A DNA stretch of 63,930 nt, the filler included, from Nemertoderma westbladi (Eukaryota; Animalia; Xenacoelomorpha), in the NCBI GenBank assembly GCA_032718475.1. It is 4 parts of 4 records of this genome, joined end to end, with 100 filler letters (N's around TTAATTAATTAA, not from the genome) between each part and the next. Parts side by side here need not be neighbours in the genome. Positions count along the whole stretch, not along the records: positions 61,056 to 63,930 come from JAUCBJ010001452.1; 3 more parts are not named here. One strand, written 5' to 3'. The notes under the pieces are model-generated. The model was not told the origin of the DNA. It made no database searches and saw only the letters and a program-made list of their open reading frames with translations. Made by a program: the position numbers and the translations under genes. Below, one piece after another: positions 61,580 through 63,930 of the stretch; position 1 is the first letter of the stretch; every line of letters begins with the position of its first letter.

Positions 61580-62612
61580 TGATGCTGCACGAAGGCCCCA
61601 CGCAAATTCTACTTGGAAAATTTTCAAACTTTTGCCAAACAACATGTGTACCAAGTTTGGATAGATTTCATCAAGGATTGGCCGAGTTATTAACGTTTAA
61701 AATAAAATACTGAAAAAAAAACGCGACAGAACGACAGAACGATAGGTTGATTAATGGTACCCCTACGCTAAGGCTCACTCACTTCGTGGCTCGCCCCACA
61801 GTATTAAGTGCTCCTCAAAAACTGATATATTATTATAAACCAAAAAATTGTGTGATTAGGCTATGACGTATGGAAATGGTGCACTTACAGATGACAGACT
61901 TAGGCTGTTAGGTTATAACAAGAAGTTATATGTTCGTTCACTGCCATCTGCTCATGTGTTCCTCAATCAGTCAATGGAGAGATCTCTAGGTTTGAGACGA
62001 CAAAAAATAGATTGTAGGCCTATTGTGTATATGACCTCAGCAGACGAGTCAACGCACTCCAGCCAGAGAAACTTATACTATAGTTTTACAGTTATACTAA
62101 CTCTGGGGCGCCAGGTAGAAGTTTTACAGTTATACTAACTCTGGGGCGCCAGGTAGAAGTTTTACAGTTGTACTAACTCTGGGGCGCCAGGTAGAAGTTT
62201 TATAGTTATACTAACTCTGGGGCGCCAGGTACAGTAGAAGTTTTACAGTTATACTAACTCTGGGGCGCCAGGTAGAAGTTTTACAGTTATACTAACTCTG
62301 GGGTGCCAGGTAGAAGTTTTACAGTTATACTAACTCTGGAGCGCCAGGTAGAAGTTTTACTGTTATACTAACTCTGGGGCGCCAGGTAGAAGTTTTACAG
62401 TTATACTAACTTATTAACTTACTAACTTATTAACGTTTAAAATAAAATACTGAAAAAAAACGCGACAGAACGACAGAACGACAGGTTGATTAATGGTACC
62501 CCTACTCTAAGGCTCACTCACTTCGTGGCTCGCCCCACAGAACGACAGAACGACAGGTTGATTAATGGTACCCCTACGCTAAGGCTCACTCACTTCGTGG
62601 CTCGCCCCACAG
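61580..62612 (+). mobile_element. Non-autonomous Helentron/DINE-like repeat with re-duplicated 3' ends
   Basis: 61688-61803 recurs at 62428-62540 and partly at 62540-62612; (ACAGAACG)n microsatellite and terminal CTCACTTCGTGGCTCGCCCCA; AAATTCTACTTGGAAAATTT also occurs near position 19. Family assignment is tentative. Confidence 0.45.
62083..62411. repeat. 38-bp minisatellite, about 8.5 copies
   Basis: Unit GTTTTACAGTTATACTAACTCTGGGGCGCCAGGTAGAA. Confidence 0.96.
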
Positions 62613-62919
62613 TATAAAACAGTATAAAATATGCGGTGTCGGCAGTTAATCAGCAGTCAGATGTTTGCCGTTACAATGATGGTCTAGGGTAGAAGTCAGA
62701 ATGAATGCAGAGATAATTTACTTTGAGCTCTTAACACTCTAGCCGCTGATGGTCTAGGGCAGAAGTCAAATGAATGATTTTTGCTGTATTGCGACATATT
62801 CATATGTAGTAAACAAGGTTTCAAGAATCCGCAAAGTGAAAATTGTGCTCATTGGCCGGTCAAATAACATAGGGTTCGGGACAAATAAAATACTGACCAA
62901 TGGCTTAGAAAGCTTAGAC

Positions 62920-63830
62920 TTAGAAAAATATAAAATCATATCGTCTCGCCAATTTGGGTTTCAACGAGGACGTCCATCAGACTTAGCACTGTTTTTACTT
63001 TATAGTCAACTATCAGACGCTTTAGAAAACTCACAAATAACAATAGCACTTTTCCTGGACCTATCTAAAGCCTTCGATACCGTGGACCATAAAATTTTAT
63101 GTACAAAATTGGAATATTATGGAATTAGGGGTAAACCTTTGGAATGGTTCAAAAACTATCTTAGTTATCTATCTTAGACACCAATATGTCCACTATGGTG
63201 GAAAATCATCGTCACTTAGACCCATTACCATAGGCGTGCCCCAAGGTTAAATTTTGGGCCCAATTTAATTCTAATCTATATTAACGATATCGTTGAGTGC
63301 TCTAAACTACTCCAATTCATAATATTTGCAGATGACACGAATATTTTTATTTCGGGAAACAATATTAATAAATTGATTAGTGACATCAATATCGAGCGAG
63401 TTAAAATAATGTGTCCCATTGGCTGTCAATAAACAAGCTTACTTTGAATATTATTGACAAAACAAATTTTATGATATTTTGATTGAAGCACCATAAGGAC
63501 CAAACAGTCCCAAAGGTTCTAATTCTAGAATCCCAAGTTTCCCAAGTGAACTACACAACATTTTTAGGTATAATGGATACAGACAATCTAAAATGGCAAA
63601 ACCACATACAACACATTCGTTCCAAAATTTCTAAAAACATTGGTATATATAATCAATAAAATAAAAATTTCATCCCAGAACATATTCGGCTTATTCGGCA
63701 TATTCCATACTCTAGTTACCCCTTACCTGTTGTTTGGTCTAATATTGAGGGGATCGTCAGGTACAGCTTTGGACCCATTAATTAAAATAAGGTTGAAAAT
63801 TATCCGAATGCATTCTACTTAAACACTATA
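62920..63830 (+). mobile_element. Degraded L2/CR1-group RT
   Basis: QFGFQ, LDLSKAFDTVDH, YGIRG, GVPQG, FADDT, with stops and frameshifts. Confidence 0.88.
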
Positions 63831-63930
63831 AGGCTCACCTATACCGGCAAACCACTCGAAACGCTAACGTGCTCTTTTTCGTCCAAAGTGCTAACTGTTC
63901 CAGACGCATGCAAATCAACTATACACCTAA

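Overview
Eukaryotic DNA, probably from an AT-rich invertebrate, in four contigs joined by artificial 100-bp N/TTAATTAATTAA/N linkers, so adjacency across 29844-29943, 40571-40670 and 60956-61055 is unproven. Host genes: intronless SURF1; an intronless anion-type Cys-loop channel frameshifted by a 26-bp templated insertion; the last two exons of a membrane-anchored alpha-carbonic anhydrase; an 8-finger C2H2 gene; and a probable last exon of RPSA. Most of the rest is mobile DNA and satellites. An 11.1-kb BEL/Pao-type LTR element has gag but no recognisable pol and no tRNA PBS, with a candidate 11-nt self-priming site instead. A MULE-like element nests a hAT-like MITE and a P element with an intact THAP transposase. 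A 7.5-kb IS3EU-like transposon carries a HECT-like ligase fragment. There are also RTE, CRE, L2/CR1, RTE-X and Gypsy relics, a Deu/Nin-like SINE, and several tiny TSD-flanked hairpins that look like excision footprints. The long ORFs at 0.7-3.9 kb and 26-29.8 kb are tandem-repeat artefacts. All coordinates were read by hand and family assignments are from motif recognition; no searches were run.
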